This document shows positions 49,947 to 62,479 of a stretch of 64,000 nt of DNA, piece after piece. Location of the stretch: the NCBI GenBank assembly GCA_030295235.1, contig AP026155.1, positions 186,001 to 250,000 of the forward strand, given 5' to 3'. The notes beneath the pieces are model-generated. The model did no database searches. It had not been told where the DNA came from and saw only the letters and a list, made by a program, of their open reading frames with translations. This DNA is from Fistulifera solaris. Lineage: Eukaryota. A program made the position numbers and the translations under genes. Positions within the stretch are counted from its first letter, which is position 1. Every line of letters starts with the position of its first letter.

Positions 49947-50706
49947 GTGCGATCATATAGGGGGCTTGTGGGCTTGTCATATTTGTTCAGATTAATTGTA
50001 TGCACATAATCATCATTGCAATAGTTTGTTTGAATAAATAGCAATAGATTGCTTTGTTATTATCATGCTGAAATCAAAGCGCGGCGGTCGTTGTCGATAA
50101 ATGCAGTTGGTTTTTTTAGATATTCACGAAAATACCCGTTACACACTTACTGGGTACAGTAAGTTTTTAGAGCTGTGCTTCAAATCCTCTACTAGTTATT
50201 GATCGAATGATAACGTTAAAGCGGACTAAAGATTTCTTATTGGATGATCAAGGCAATGGCATGTCATATCAATAAAGATGCTTCTCTTGTATCAAGTGCT
50301 TGTCGGCTTACAACGCCGGGAAGGTCCGAGGTCTCTTCTTGTACTGAGCTCAGATGAAACGGCCCGAGTTTTTATCCATCCAGCCCTACATAAGCGATTC
50401 AAACAATGACAGTTTATTTCACTAAGAGACGACCCACATTCATAAATTTAAACTAACTATTGCACAAGAATGAGGTTCCGTTCTTCCTTAGATTCAAATG
50501 AATCCAATTGCCTGTGACGTTCGTTGGAGCAATGCTATGCCCTCCAGCTTGGTCTGCCCAGATCTCTCACAATATATGATTTGCAGACAAAAACATGCAT
50601 TTGACATTCAGCCGATTCATCTTAGCCACCCTCGTGGTAGAAGCGTCGGCCAAAGAAGGAGTGCCGTTGCCCATGCGCAGCCCTTTCCGTGTAGCTGCAA
50701 GAGTTC

Positions 50707-52051
50707 ATGAGATGTCGCCAAAAAGCGGCAAAGATAACGCAGGCTTATTTGCAAACGTGGAAGAGTAAGTGCCACAATTCCTCTCGTCTTGGTTTTTCAT
50801 CAGCTCTCGCTCATTGGTATGAAAGCTTTGTTGATAGATTCGTACTGGAGACTACAATGTCTATGCCTGATGAACACCGACCTTCCAATCGCCCGATGCC
50901 GTCACCGGCGGTATCACCGACAGTAATCACGGATGCACCAGTTGCAACTCCTGGAACGCCTGCACCTAGCACTGGCTCATCTGACGTTTCAAATCGTCCC
51001 AGTCCGGGTATCCCCTACGCGACGACTATTCCCACACCAGTCCATGTTGCAACGAGCAATCCGGTTGCGGTGACAGTTCACCCTTCTAAGTCTCCGGTAC
51101 TCTTGAAACCATCGCATATGCCGATTCCTTCAGCTACACAACCTACCGAGCATCCGGTGGCTCCATTCGCTCCACCGGTAGCTATTCCTGTCACCGCGTG
51201 GCCTTCAAAACATCTTTCGGCGTCTCTTGCTCCGTCGACTTTCGTGGTGCCTTCACTGAAACCTGTAGCGCTGACTACTTTGACGCCTTCCATACGCGAT
51301 CCCAGTCAGCCTGTTGTGGATACCGACGAATCTGTTTTTACATGTGCCGAAGGTGGAGTAACATATGCGATTCCACCGTTTCAACCAGAAGCGGTTGACA
51401 TTTCGGTTGGGTATGAGATAGAGTCGTCGCTGCCGTTTGAGGCATTTCGAGAGCCGATGGAAAAGCTGATTCTGGATTCTATCTTGGTTGGTGCGTTGGA
51501 ATGTGGACGGCTCGATGTTGAAGGGAATGTGTCCATGGACACCAGGCTCACGGGTGACAGCTGTCTATCTCAAGTCGATCCGCTGAATGATTGCGTTGTC
51601 GCACTAACATCTGCCACATTACTACTAGCCGGTGAACTCATTGATCCCCCCATAGCACGCTTCCTCGCTTATGTGGAACTGCAAGGAGATATGGAGACGT
51701 ATCATGAACGTCTAGAAGGCGTTGCTCGTGTAGCATATTCAAGTCCGGAACTCCTGACAGTGCCAGAAATTTCAGAGCCAGATGTTTCCGATGAGCAAGG
51801 TTCCTTGCAAGCGGACAATGAGCGTTTGTCAACTTCTCCATGGACAATTGGTTCCGCCTTGGTTATCTGTAAGTATCGTTTAACTTGTTTGTGTTTCTTG
51901 TCATGTTTTCTGACTGTTGAACTACGCGTTAGGTATCGGTGGAATCATTTCCCTTTGGGCTTGGGCGCGCAATCGTCACGCACGTAATCAACGTCACATT
52001 AACCTTCTCGAGGGTGCATCAGAACTGTCACCAGATACAATGCAATCCTGA
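50707..52051 (+). CDS. Pro/Ser/Thr-rich single-pass (probable type I) membrane protein; intron 51869-51932; start uncertain
   Basis: A mucin-like PS/PT region, then an acidic domain with 4 Cys. The spliced TM reads WTIGSALVICIGGIISLWAWA, followed by RNRHARNQRH...MQS*. Confidence 0.7.
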
Positions 52052-52217
52052 ATGCGAGCACAAGTCCGTAATCCCGTCACAAAGGATGACTATTTACCAT
52101 AATAACTTTCCGGGCTTATCCGTTGCTCTCAATGAACACAGAAGAAACTAGAAACGTCTTTCATTTCAGCTGTTTAGGTGTCCCTAAATCTTAGTCAAGT
52201 AGCTTATCGACCTTTTC

Positions 52218-55200
52218 CTATGTGTTTCGAAGCCTGCCACTGGGTGCCTGTTTAAGGATTTTGGCACAGTAGTCGTTTTCAGCCATTTCGTCTCCCTTAA
52301 GCTCAAACCATTCCCAAAAAGGAATAGAGATTACTTTCCATCCTAATGAGCTCAAGAGTCTCTGCTTAAGTGCAGTGGGCCCATTAATCACGTGTCTTTC
52401 TCCAGTCCACATGTATTGGTATTCGAGCTTCCCTTTCTTTACCTTCGTGTAACCCCGCCCTTCTTCATCCTTACGAATATCTCCATCAATATGCGCAACA
52501 AAATGAGCTGGGCCGTCAACCTCAATTGCTATCTTTTGGTCCACGTCCGCGATATCGATGGATAATATTTCAACAGATTTGGGAGCGAAATTAATACCAT
52601 GGTTGTGTGCCATCTCCTCCATCGTGATGACGTGTTCTTCTACGTGATGAAAACTTATCCTGGAAAAGGCGCTGGATACTGCTCGCTGCATTTTGCTCGT
52701 ACTTAAATTGAGTTCGTCAAAAGTGTCGGTCATATGATCGTTTCGTGATGGAGCAATCTGTTTCCAGCCTTCTGGAAAATTAGCAGGGAGCGACTTCTTC
52801 AGCTTGTTGTCAGATAAGTCAAGGGCAGCTTGCACATACAACAGTGTCATAATGGCCTGTGGCTGTAAGCCATCGTCACCATGTATTTCCGCCATTAACA
52901 TTGCGTCCTCATCATTAGTGGACCCCAGAAGACCTGTGTACAAGATATCCATCAACTTTGAGGGGTATTCTCCGAAAACCGCGCAAGCCCAAGCCGTGTT
53001 CGCCAATTCTTGCCTTTTGAAGATACTTGCAATACTCACAGCCGTTAATTCCTTGTTTTTACCTTTGCATATCGCTTGAATATAAGGAGTGACGCTCTGA
53101 ATTAGGTCCCCCGCCTGTATATTAAGAGTTGCCAGTGCCCACAAAACATTTGCCAGCTCTTGGCCTTTGACTTGCGTCATCCCGTTAATCTCACCTCCGA
53201 TATACCGAGCGGTACGCTTTGAAAGCTCCTTCTTGATCTCCTCCATGAACGAAGAGTGCTGAAAACCTAGTACTGCAAACGCCCAAGCGCTATTAGCAAG
53301 ATCTTGTGGCTTGCATCGTTGCATCATCTGGTTACGCAGGTAAGCGTCGGCCAGTTCATTGAACAAACGATGCAAAAGAGTTTCACCCACATCTAAGTAG
53401 CTCGTTGTGTAAACTGCCAGGCGACCATTAGTTGCAGCGAGCGCCGAGGACGTTTTTAAACGATCTCCGACATCCGCTGCCAATTGTGCGTGCCTAGCGT
53501 AGGACAAAGCCATATTTCCAAGTCCTTGGGCAGAAAAATCATCAAACCCGCGCGGGATGAAATCCAGATCGCTTTCGTCTTCACCACCAACGATGTGATG
53601 CGCTACAGATTTGAACAACTGCGGGTGTCGAATACCGATCTTTGCAAAGCTCCATAACACATCTTTTATTTCTTGTGTTTTGAACTCGTGCGGTCGCCTC
53701 ATCAATTCCTTTGCTGCCATTGCAAATGTCCGAACAGCTGGATCACGGATCATCGGCCGTAGAGCCTCTGGTACAAGCGATGTATCAAAGGCATCGCGCT
53801 CCGGACCGACTTGAATTTCTGCAGTTGCTAATGCCCATACAGTGTTACTTAGTTCCTGTGGCTTGTACGTATGAACTTTGCTCGGCTCTAGTCGGGCCGC
53901 AAGAGCTCGGTAGAGAGATTTGTTGACAACCTCCAGCGTCGCCAAACTCCAGAGGGTTGTCCCAATATCCTGGGATGTGATAAAACGCCTTTCATTCGAC
54001 AACTGCTGACCTATGCCATCCAAGACCAGCTGCAAATGCGGTTGCGATTTTACAAAGTCACCGTCTACAAGTCTGGCAATACTCCAAGCAAGATTGTTCA
54101 ATTCTTGGGCACGAAATTTCGGCAACAAAGGTATGGATGAGCGCACTATTTCTAGCAGCGCTTCACGCATCATCTCACGATCACCGTCAGGATCTCCCGA
54201 CCCAAGCACAACATAGTTGCTGTTGACAGAGGGTTCAGCAATTGAAGGGCCAATGCCAAATCCCATTGTGGCCATGGCCCACGCCGAGTTACTAAGCTCT
54301 TGTGATTTGAACGCTGTCGTACCCTTTCTTGTGATATACGAGGCCGCACATCGAATAATCGATAGCGCAGCTTGATCCTCACGCCGACGATTTGCAATGT
54401 CTGCTTCTTTGGTCGGCTGGTTCTTGTGGGTAAGGGACAGCAACGTGGCCAAGCTCCACACTGTATTGGACATTTCTTGGGGCTTAAAGCGATCGCAAAA
54501 TTTCGGATGCGTTCCCATCAACTTTGCGACAAAATCCAAAAGTTCTACATAAACTTCGAGGTTGTCTAGTTGTGCTGTCGCGATTGCCCATAATGAATTG
54601 GACCATTCTTGTGGTTGAAGATCATCGATGGCATTAGGCTTTTCCAATTCTAGTTGGTTTTGAGACATCATTTGTTTCAAGACCACATCAAATTCTCCCC
54701 GAATCCACACGACTAGCAGTTGACCATGACCAAAGCAAGTTGGCGTACTCTTGCATTTGAAAAGCCCGTCCTCCTTTCCTACGACAGGCTGCTTCGGCCA
54801 TGAATCCAATATGATCAAGAATATGACCCGACAGTTTGGACAACACGGGTATCCACGAAGCTTCCACATCTTGTTGTCCATTACGTCGCTTAGCAGCCAT
54901 CTCTACAACTTCCTTTCGAATTTGCGTAGCGCATGTGGTCATTTGAATCAGAGTAAGGTTCTGGTCGGCCATCGGCATGACTTTGCTGGGCGGTGGAAGC
55001 CTTAGTTTCGCGAGAGCCCATCCGATGTTGGAGATCTCTCTCGATTGAAACTCACTCTCTTGAATTGCTTCAGCCAAACTAGCCAAAAGCAGAGCAAACC
55101 GAGGATCGGCCAAAATTTTCGCTCTCATTTCTTGTTTGCCGACCGAGTGACGAGCCAAACGATGAAACGATGTACTAAAGTTGACAGAATTTAAAGACCC

Positions 55201-55527
55201 GCCCGCGGCTTTTTTGGTGATGCCAGCGTTTTGCAAAACTTTGAGAAGCGAAGGGGCATCGATGCATTGCACAATCTTTTGATTCAACTCGCGACTATCA
55301 GGATCGTAGCGCCTCGACTGTCGTCGCGGTGATGACGACTTGGATTGTTGTTTCCTAGTTGTTACGTTGTTTTCTTGACCGTTTGAGGTTGCCGTGAGAG
55401 TCATCAAAGTGAATGGCTTCAATTCAATTCGCCTTTTGTTTAAAACTCTTCTTGTCGCTTCTGTATAGACATTTAACCCATAGGAAGTTTGCAACAGAAA
55501 AGTCGAGAGGATCATAATCACTAGCAA
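52218..55527 (-). CDS. Octotricopeptide/heptatricopeptide-type repeat protein with a C-terminal RAP domain (organellar RNA-binding); frameshift near 54698
   Basis: Many repeats of the form FKPQELSNTVWALATL. RAP domain SIDIA...IAIEVDGPAHF...TALKQRLLSSLGWKVISIPFWEW. N-terminal signal-like segment. Confidence 0.9.
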
Positions 55528-56492
55528 CCAGAAACGAAAAGCAGGGACCCCTTTGCTGAAACTGTCGGTAAAATCATGCTTCTATTCGGGTTTTGACCTG
55601 AAGGAATACTGGGTACATTGTGTCTTTCCGAGAAAGTTAACATGGGTTTTCCGTCTCTTGACGATTTCTTACAAATCAAATGGAAAAATACATCAAAAAC
55701 GAAAAAGCTCGTGATTCGGTGGTCCTCACGGTAACTCGGTCTCGAGTTAGGATAATGTTACGGAATCAGGAATCCCAAAGACCATGGTCTTGAAAGTTGC
55801 TTTGTTCCGGAAATTGGAAAGCCTATACGGTCATTATTTACTGGTAATCCCTTCTTCTCCATTCTACGTTCAGATTGTAGGCGCAAACCAAATGGCAAAG
55901 AAGCCAAAAAGAACTGCGACTATTTTGCTAGTTGAACCTAGATCAAGAAAAAATTATGACGTCTGTCAACTCGACTATTCCGTATGAAGTAGGTGATTGC
56001 TTGGTTGAAATTGGAGCAGAAATCAAGTCATCTGATTGGTCATGAAGGGCCACGTCGACCATTCGAGAATGACTGCTGCTCGCTTTCTTTTCTCTGTATA
56101 GGGGATACTGTTTGGAAAACGAAATCACCGGCTTACCGGCCTTCCTTTGGAGGCAATTTTATGATGTCGTAAGGGGATCATAGTACAATTCAGTCTAGAG
56201 TAGCTGTCTTTCAGAGTCCACAAAAAGTACGCATCAATTTCCTTCCAATAGCAACGGCGAACAAAGGGTGAATAAAGCGGAATGCAACGGAACTGTTCTT
56301 CTTGATGTCAATTTTCGGTATGTTTTCAACGAAGGCCTACGTAATACGAGGAAATGCCCCTCCGACGAGAAAATCAAAAACGTCGGTTTGCGATGAAACG
56401 ACTTAAGTCGCCATAATGCAACCGCGTCTTCCTACAGCCCCCTTTGCATCAAACTTACTGCAACGAAGACACAATTCATCAGAGTATCCACC

Positions 56493-57506
56493 ATGGCCGA
56501 AGCAACTTACTTCCAACATCCTTTTCTTTACGAAAATGAAGTTACGGGTGGAGGCGGAGAAATAAACGATATTTCCAGACTATTCGAAGAGGAAGGAGCG
56601 GAGCAACAACTGCAGCTTCAACTGCAACAACACCGAAATCCGAATGAAGGAGGAGATTTCTTGTCGTCGAGGCATCTCAATCCAAACCTTCTTTATTCTT
56701 CACAGCTGCAACAGCAAATGGTGCAGCAGCAGAATGACCTCTTCTCCGGTACAGTCAATCAGGGTTCGAGGGACCTTGCTCAGCAGCTGTACTTGCTCGA
56801 GCAAAACAATCAACAAGTTCTGTTTCCGCGAGCCAATGGATTACAGTCCTCTCTCGGTAACAAAGCCACGACGAATTCGTTGCTAAATCAACGCGGTATC
56901 TCTTCTAGGAAAGGAATAGAGGAAAATTCTCTGAGCTTTCCGCAAATAGGCAACGAAGATGCGTTTCAGCGAAACGTGAACCAGCTACCGTTCACGCTGG
57001 CAAATCTTCCGTTCTTCGGTGGTCCTATCGAAAAGCCTGTGTTCGCGAACGACTCTTCGCTTTCAACGCTAGAACATTCTTGGCAACTTCAGCAGCTGCT
57101 AAATGCTAACATGCAACACCAACAGCAAGTTCAACAGCAGCCTCCGGTTGCACAAATTGAGCCTCCTCTCCGGGCTCTCTCCGCCTACAACTTCTTCTTC
57201 CGCGATGAACGCGATCGTATTCTCAACGAATGCGATCATGACTGGACAGAGAGCAAGAAAGAGAGACTTTTGAGTGATCACTGGAACCGTGACCGCACCA
57301 AGAAGAGGAGACATCGTAAGTCACACGGGAAGATTGATTTTACCACTCTCTCCAAGCTTATTTCGTCCCGATGGAAAGAGCTTGCGGAAGATCGTAAAGA
57401 TTTCTACCGTGATGTAGCCGCCAAGGATTGGGAACGTTACCAGAAGGAGCTTTCTCACTACAAATCGGCCGCTTCCGATGTATCGGCAACCCCTTACATG
57501 TGGTAG
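56493..57506 (+). CDS. HMG-box transcription factor with a Q/N-rich N-terminus
   Basis: PLRALSAYNFFFRDERDRIL...KRRHRKSHGKIDFTTLSKLISSRWKEL...YRDVAAKDWERYQKEL. Confidence 0.93.
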   Translation: MAEATYFQHPFLYENEVTGGGGEINDISRLFEEEGAEQQLQLQLQQHRNPNEGGDFLSSRHLNPNLLYSSQLQQQMVQQQNDLFSGTVNQGSRDLAQQLYLLEQNNQQVLFPRANGLQSSLGNKATTNSLLNQRGISSRKGIEENSLSFPQIGNEDAFQRNVNQLPFTLANLPFFGGPIEKPVFANDSSLSTLEHSWQLQQLLNANMQHQQQVQQQPPVAQIEPPLRALSAYNFFFRDERDRILNECDHDWTESKKERLLSDHWNRDRTKKRRHRKSHGKIDFTTLSKLISSRWKELAEDRKDFYRDVAAKDWERYQKELSHYKSAASDVSATPYMW

Positions 57507-58216
57507 GCTAGCTATGCGGTTATATTATGCACTTTCATGCCTATTCCAGTGCGCCGCAAACAGTTCAATTGCGCAGCTTTATTTTGCTCCATGACTTTAT
57601 AAAAGAAATGCGACTATTTACGCTTTTTCAAATGCTACACCGGCTGCTTCCGTAACTTTGTAACCCAAATAAAAACATTTTGTTCGTGTTCATTTCTGGA
57701 CTTGTTATTCAGGGTCTAATATCATCTTTCTGAAGATTGTGCGGATGTTGTCCTAGGTCCCAAGGTAGATTAGATGATGATATTGTTGATATCCCCAGGA
57801 GAACGCACCATTCTTAGTTTCAAGAGCCCGGAAATAGTGAATGCCATTGAATAGACTTCTTCCGGAAATGAAAGGTATTTGCTTTTTCAGCCTACGGCAT
57901 TTCAAAGTTGTCCAACTAGGGAACAACCTGAAATCGGCCGGTAAGGCTTGTAAAGTCTAGAGTCTTCGCTTAACTCGATGCTCGTGAAGTCTTGAACTTT
58001 ACGGTCCGTGACAGTGACACCGACAGCGGAATAGCGAATATAGCCCTCGGGAAACATTAGGGCCTCAGTGAAACCTTAACCCTTGTAAAGCACGTGATTG
58101 AGAACCGAAAAAATTGAAAAAAGGTGCGAGCGATGAATAGACAGAAGCAGAACAACAAAGAGCGACGCTCGACGCTTAGCTCATCTCAGCACTCATCTTT
58201 GTAACAACAAAATAGT

Positions 58217-58883
58217 ATGAGATATCACCTGAAATTACCATTATTTTTGCTCCTGAAAAATCTAGGTTGGTCGGCAGGGCAGTTTGGTGTTCCGAAGGCG
58301 GCCAAGACGATCGGTGTTTCGGGGGAGGTGGGGCCAGTGGATAGTCCCAATAATTATCCATCACCTGATCAACAACAGTCGCAAGAGGACGAGATCGACC
58401 ATGTTTTGACCGAAAGCACAGAAAAGGATAGCGCGAACGATGAAACGATCAAAGCCGCGGCAGATATCAAAGGCATGGAAAAACTTCAAAAGACTGGCCC
58501 GAAATTCCAGATCAGCTTCTTTTTGACCTAGGAGCGCTCATACATTCCGTCAAGGAAAAGATGAACAAAGATGGAGTCGATTCTTCCTTGTTTAGCGAAG
58601 CAAGAGAAGCGTCTGCCGAACTTTCAAGTGCATTGAAACCGAAAGAAATCGTTCTAGGAATGGAAAAGGCTCTGGATAGCATGAAAAAATTGACAAAATC
58701 TTCGAAAATATTCATGGGGTCGATCTTGTTATCTCGGATATGAAAACAAAGGGTTTCATCGAAACAGATCATCAAGAGAAGAAGTTCCGGGAACGGCCAG
58801 ACTTACTCAAACTAGAGTTGACGAAGACGAGTTACCTTACATTCGTCGCATTGGCCTTCGCAGGTAATTACATTGAGCGGTGA
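58217..58883 (+). CDS. Small, probably secreted helical hypothetical protein; two frameshifts
   Basis: Signal-like N-terminus ending SAG-QFGV. The pieces join to EIVLGMEKALDSMK...DMKTKGFI...RPDLLKLELTKTSYLTFVALAFAGNYIER*. Confidence 0.55.
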
Positions 58884-59475
58884 GATGACTGAAACTGACG
58901 GATCTTGTCTTGCTAAGAGGATCATGCCTCGAAAAAGACATTCTTCGATCTCACTAGGAGCTAGAAAGGGCTATCTTGTCACCCGTCCCTTCATCACCGA
59001 CTCGATAGCTCTAGAGCACATTGTCTACGATATTTTTTGTTTTTTCTAAGTGAAAGTAGACGTAGGTCGCTGTTGGTAGCCAGGCGATCTTCATGCTCGA
59101 AGATCAATTTGATGGCTAGCCAAATTTGTCGTTCTGAACGGCGAAAAGAGGTTCCCCAAAACCCGCGATGTGCGCGGTCATTGTAATAACTGACACAGTA
59201 CAGTAAATATCAGAACTTGGGTACCAGTACGGTGCTCCGTAGGGGATAGTCACTATGTCCCGATGAAAAATAGAACTGTTTGAATTACAGAGGTACGAGC
59301 GCGCTTGTTTCCAAAACTCGTAAGGCCGACTTCATCGAACCTCCAACATAAAAGAACATGTGCCAGATGAAGTAGTTGATGACTTGTTGACCATCAAATC
59401 ATTATCGTTGCAAGCAAAAGCGTAAACTAGAATCTGATTTGGCGAATATCTGAAAAGCGCTAAGTTTTTCCAGAA

Positions 59476-61708
59476 ATGAAGAAGATACCAGCAACCGCGA
59501 CGACCGACGACTCTTCTTCATCCTCATCATCGTCCTCTTCGTCCGATAGCTCATCGAGTGACGAGGAAGAAGTTTCTTACTCGCCTGTTGCAAACAAAAG
59601 CAAAACTATGAAGCCAGGCCTCAAACCAGCAACGATATCCCCGCCGGCTTCACCGCCACTCAATCGTGGTGTAGCGCAACTCGGTACGAAAATGTCGCCG
59701 CCCCTTCCGACATCGACCAACAAAAACGACAAGCCCGGTTTCCAACCCAAGGAGAAAAGCCCACCGCTCAGTAATCCTTTTCTGAAAAAGCAAGATACCG
59801 CTCCCCCGAAGCACAATGGCTTGGGAATGCTCACGCCAAAGAAGGCTGAAGCGGATGGTGATTCCAGTGACGAAGATGATATCTTGGGCCCTTCACCAGG
59901 CGCACTAGGAAAAATTAACAGTAAAGTGCCCCCAACAGGGAAACTTTCCAAAGAGCTATCAAAAGATAATTCATCTAAAGTGACCGGGTCGCCACCCAGC
60001 GAGAGATCAATGGCGAAGGGCAGTGTCGACGATGACAAAAATGAAAAAGTCAAAGAAGAGCTCAAGTAGCAAACAGGAAAAGAAGAAGGAATCGAAAGAT
60101 AAAAAAGAAAAAGAAAGAAAAAGAAGGAAAAAGAAAAGAAGGAAAAGAAGATTAAAAAAGACGAGGATGACGGAGAACGTGATAAAAGTAAGAACAAGTC
60201 GGAGATCGAGCAGAAAGGAAAAACAGAGGAAGTTGGATCCAAGGTAGATAGAAGACCTAGTTTAATAGGTGACAAATCACGCGCAGTTGACCTCGAGGGT
60301 GGCCATGAAGGAGATAAAATAAGAGGAGAAGACGACGCTTCGTCAAAAGAGGAGAAGAGGCGCGGATTTCTGGGCAGACTTTTCGCACCACAGAAAGCGG
60401 AACCTCCTGTTGTTGTCGATGAAGATGATGACGCACCCGAAGACGCCGATCCAGTCGTAAACACGAAGAAGAATAGTGGCCGATTTTCTGTATTTCGTAA
60501 AAAGAGTCAAAAACCTGAGCCTACAGATGATGACATTGAAATCGAATTCGTCCCCAACGACGAAGAAGAGGAGACTGCCATCACCGACAAGGCTGTTCTT
60601 CATCATGCGCCTCAAATGGAATCAGCCCCACCTAGTACCGATATTGAAAATCCTGCATCCATTGATCAAAACAGTGGCAAGGAGCATCAAAGACAGAAGC
60701 TAGATGATCAATTTAAGTGGGTACGATTGTACTTTGCGCTTTTAATCTTTGCCATTTTGATCGTCGGATCGACGGTGGGGACCGCCTTTTGGGGAATGAA
60801 GATTTACACGGACAAACATGGAGATTCAGAACTCAGCACAGACAGCGGCCCTCCGCCAACATTGGAAGGCAACGAATGTGATTACGATGACAACATTCTG
60901 CTCGAGTTCCGGATATTGTTCGATTCCAAGCCAGAACAAACTGGTTTCTCTCTTCGCGATGCACCTCCTTTCAGCAGCGGTATTTGGGTCATGGAACCGG
61001 GCACGTTCCGTTCTTTTTCTCAATTTCAAAGAAGAACACGCTCCGCATTTGTTTAAGTGATAAACTGAATTACACGTTCGAGATTGAAGACATGTTTGGT
61101 GATGGGATGGTATCGGAATTCGGTGCGACCAGTGTTTACGGCAGGTGGGAGCTCGCTTTCAACGAGCATCTGGTTGCTTCGTACAATGGGGATTGCTACG
61201 CGAATGCAACATCGGAGGGTGAAAGTTTGAGTCACTTTACCAACGGTACACTTTCTTTTGTGGAAGATATTGTACGTGTTCGTTCACTATTGGAGTCAAT
61301 GAAACAAAAGGAGGATGCGTTGAGGAATGCCAGGACCCACCTGCCCCAACCAGCCGTCCGCCTGCTGAAGAACCGGAAGGTACGGATCCACCATCAGAGA
61401 CAACGGGTCCTGCAGGTGCTTCCACTACGGCTCCGAGTGCTGCCATTGCAGATGGCGGTTCTACATCTCCTCCGACTATTGCCTCTTTGGATGGCACTTC
61501 TACATCTCCTCCTACTGCGGTTGCTGGAAGCTCGACTCCTCCTCCAACTGCTGCTGCTGCTGGTGGTGGAGGCTTATTAACCTTGGCTCCCTCGGCGGCG
61601 GGAGCGATCTCTACGATTGTCCCCACGGCGGCTGCGACTGCAGCACAAACCGTGCCCGGCGGTACGGAACCACCGCTTGTGTTAGGCAGAAGTCGAGGAG
61701 ATCCCTAG
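59476..61708 (+). CDS. Probable type II membrane protein: long S/D/E/K/P-rich N-terminus, one TM, an extracellular beta-domain and a P/T/A-rich tail; several frameshifts
   Basis: TM LYFALLIFAILIVGSTVGTAFW at about 60730-60790, followed by FRILFDSKPEQTGFSL and ICLS..NYTFEIEDMFGDGM. Confidence 0.6.
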
Positions 61709-62009
61709 TCTGTTATATTTGTAGCATAGTGGTATGCCTACTTTATCTTCTTTAGTGCTTTATTGTCTTTAGTTTATTAGTCGTCGTACGAGGTAGTTGC
61801 ATCAAATAACACAAAAATGTTGGTTGAGTACCGGTGGGTTACGAGGAGATTATGTACTATCTGTATAAGACGACTCTCTACCAAACCAGGTGCAAACGGC
61901 GAACTTGCGCGTCAAAAACGAAGCATGCAAACAACCGGAAGCAAAAATCCTGTAGTCGTCGTTCTTTCTATCACTACGACTTTCCAGTTCTACAAATACA
62001 ACTAACACC

Positions 62010-62297
62010 ATGACTACCGACAGTAACCAATCCGATCCGCCCAAACGCAGCGTCGAAGACGACGACGTTACATTATCTCCGACGGCCAAGAAGAACAAAC
62101 GAGATTGGCTCTCTTTTACGGGGCGTCGTCGGTACGTTGCGTTCGTTTTTTCGTTATCTTCGTAGAATACTTTGTCACTCACTGCACACTTTCTTCTTAG
62201 GACGCGAATCGGCGATGACTTTCAAGCCATCAATCTCCCCGAACCCATCACGAAACCCATTGTGGAAGACTCTCCGCCGCGCGACTCGAGTTCATGA
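62010..62297 (+). CDS. 72-aa microprotein with an ELM2-like motif; exons 62010-62131 and 62201-62297
   Basis: A 69-nt GTACGT...TTAG intron joins in frame to give MTTDSNQSDPPKRSVEDDDVTLSPTAKKNKRDWLSFTGRRRTRIGDDFQAINLPEPITKPIVEDSPPRDSSS*. Confidence 0.7.
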
Positions 62298-62479
62298 AAG
62301 CAATAGCACCGAAATCTCCATGTATGCAAACACTCCTTCTCTAAACCACCTTTGATAAAGCAATTTACATAGATTACCTTTTTATAAGTTTATCTGCAGC
62401 TATCGTGTTTTATACTACGTATCTTCACACGATTAAAGCATCCTCGTCATCGTTTGTCACTCACATTCATCTACTGCAT

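Noticed and set aside
59362..59443. Possible C/D snoRNA (gcca...tggc ends, tgatga and ctga boxes)
   Set aside because: Box spacing relative to the stem is poor and I recognised no rRNA-complementary guide. An Infernal or snoscan run would be needed.
59577..60464. Long antisense ORF (also 46342-46971 and 27243-27698)
   Set aside because: These are shadows of low-complexity coding regions on the opposite strand.
61850..62182. 110-aa minus-strand ORF
   Set aside because: It is better explained as the antisense shadow of the spliced plus-strand ELM2-motif gene.
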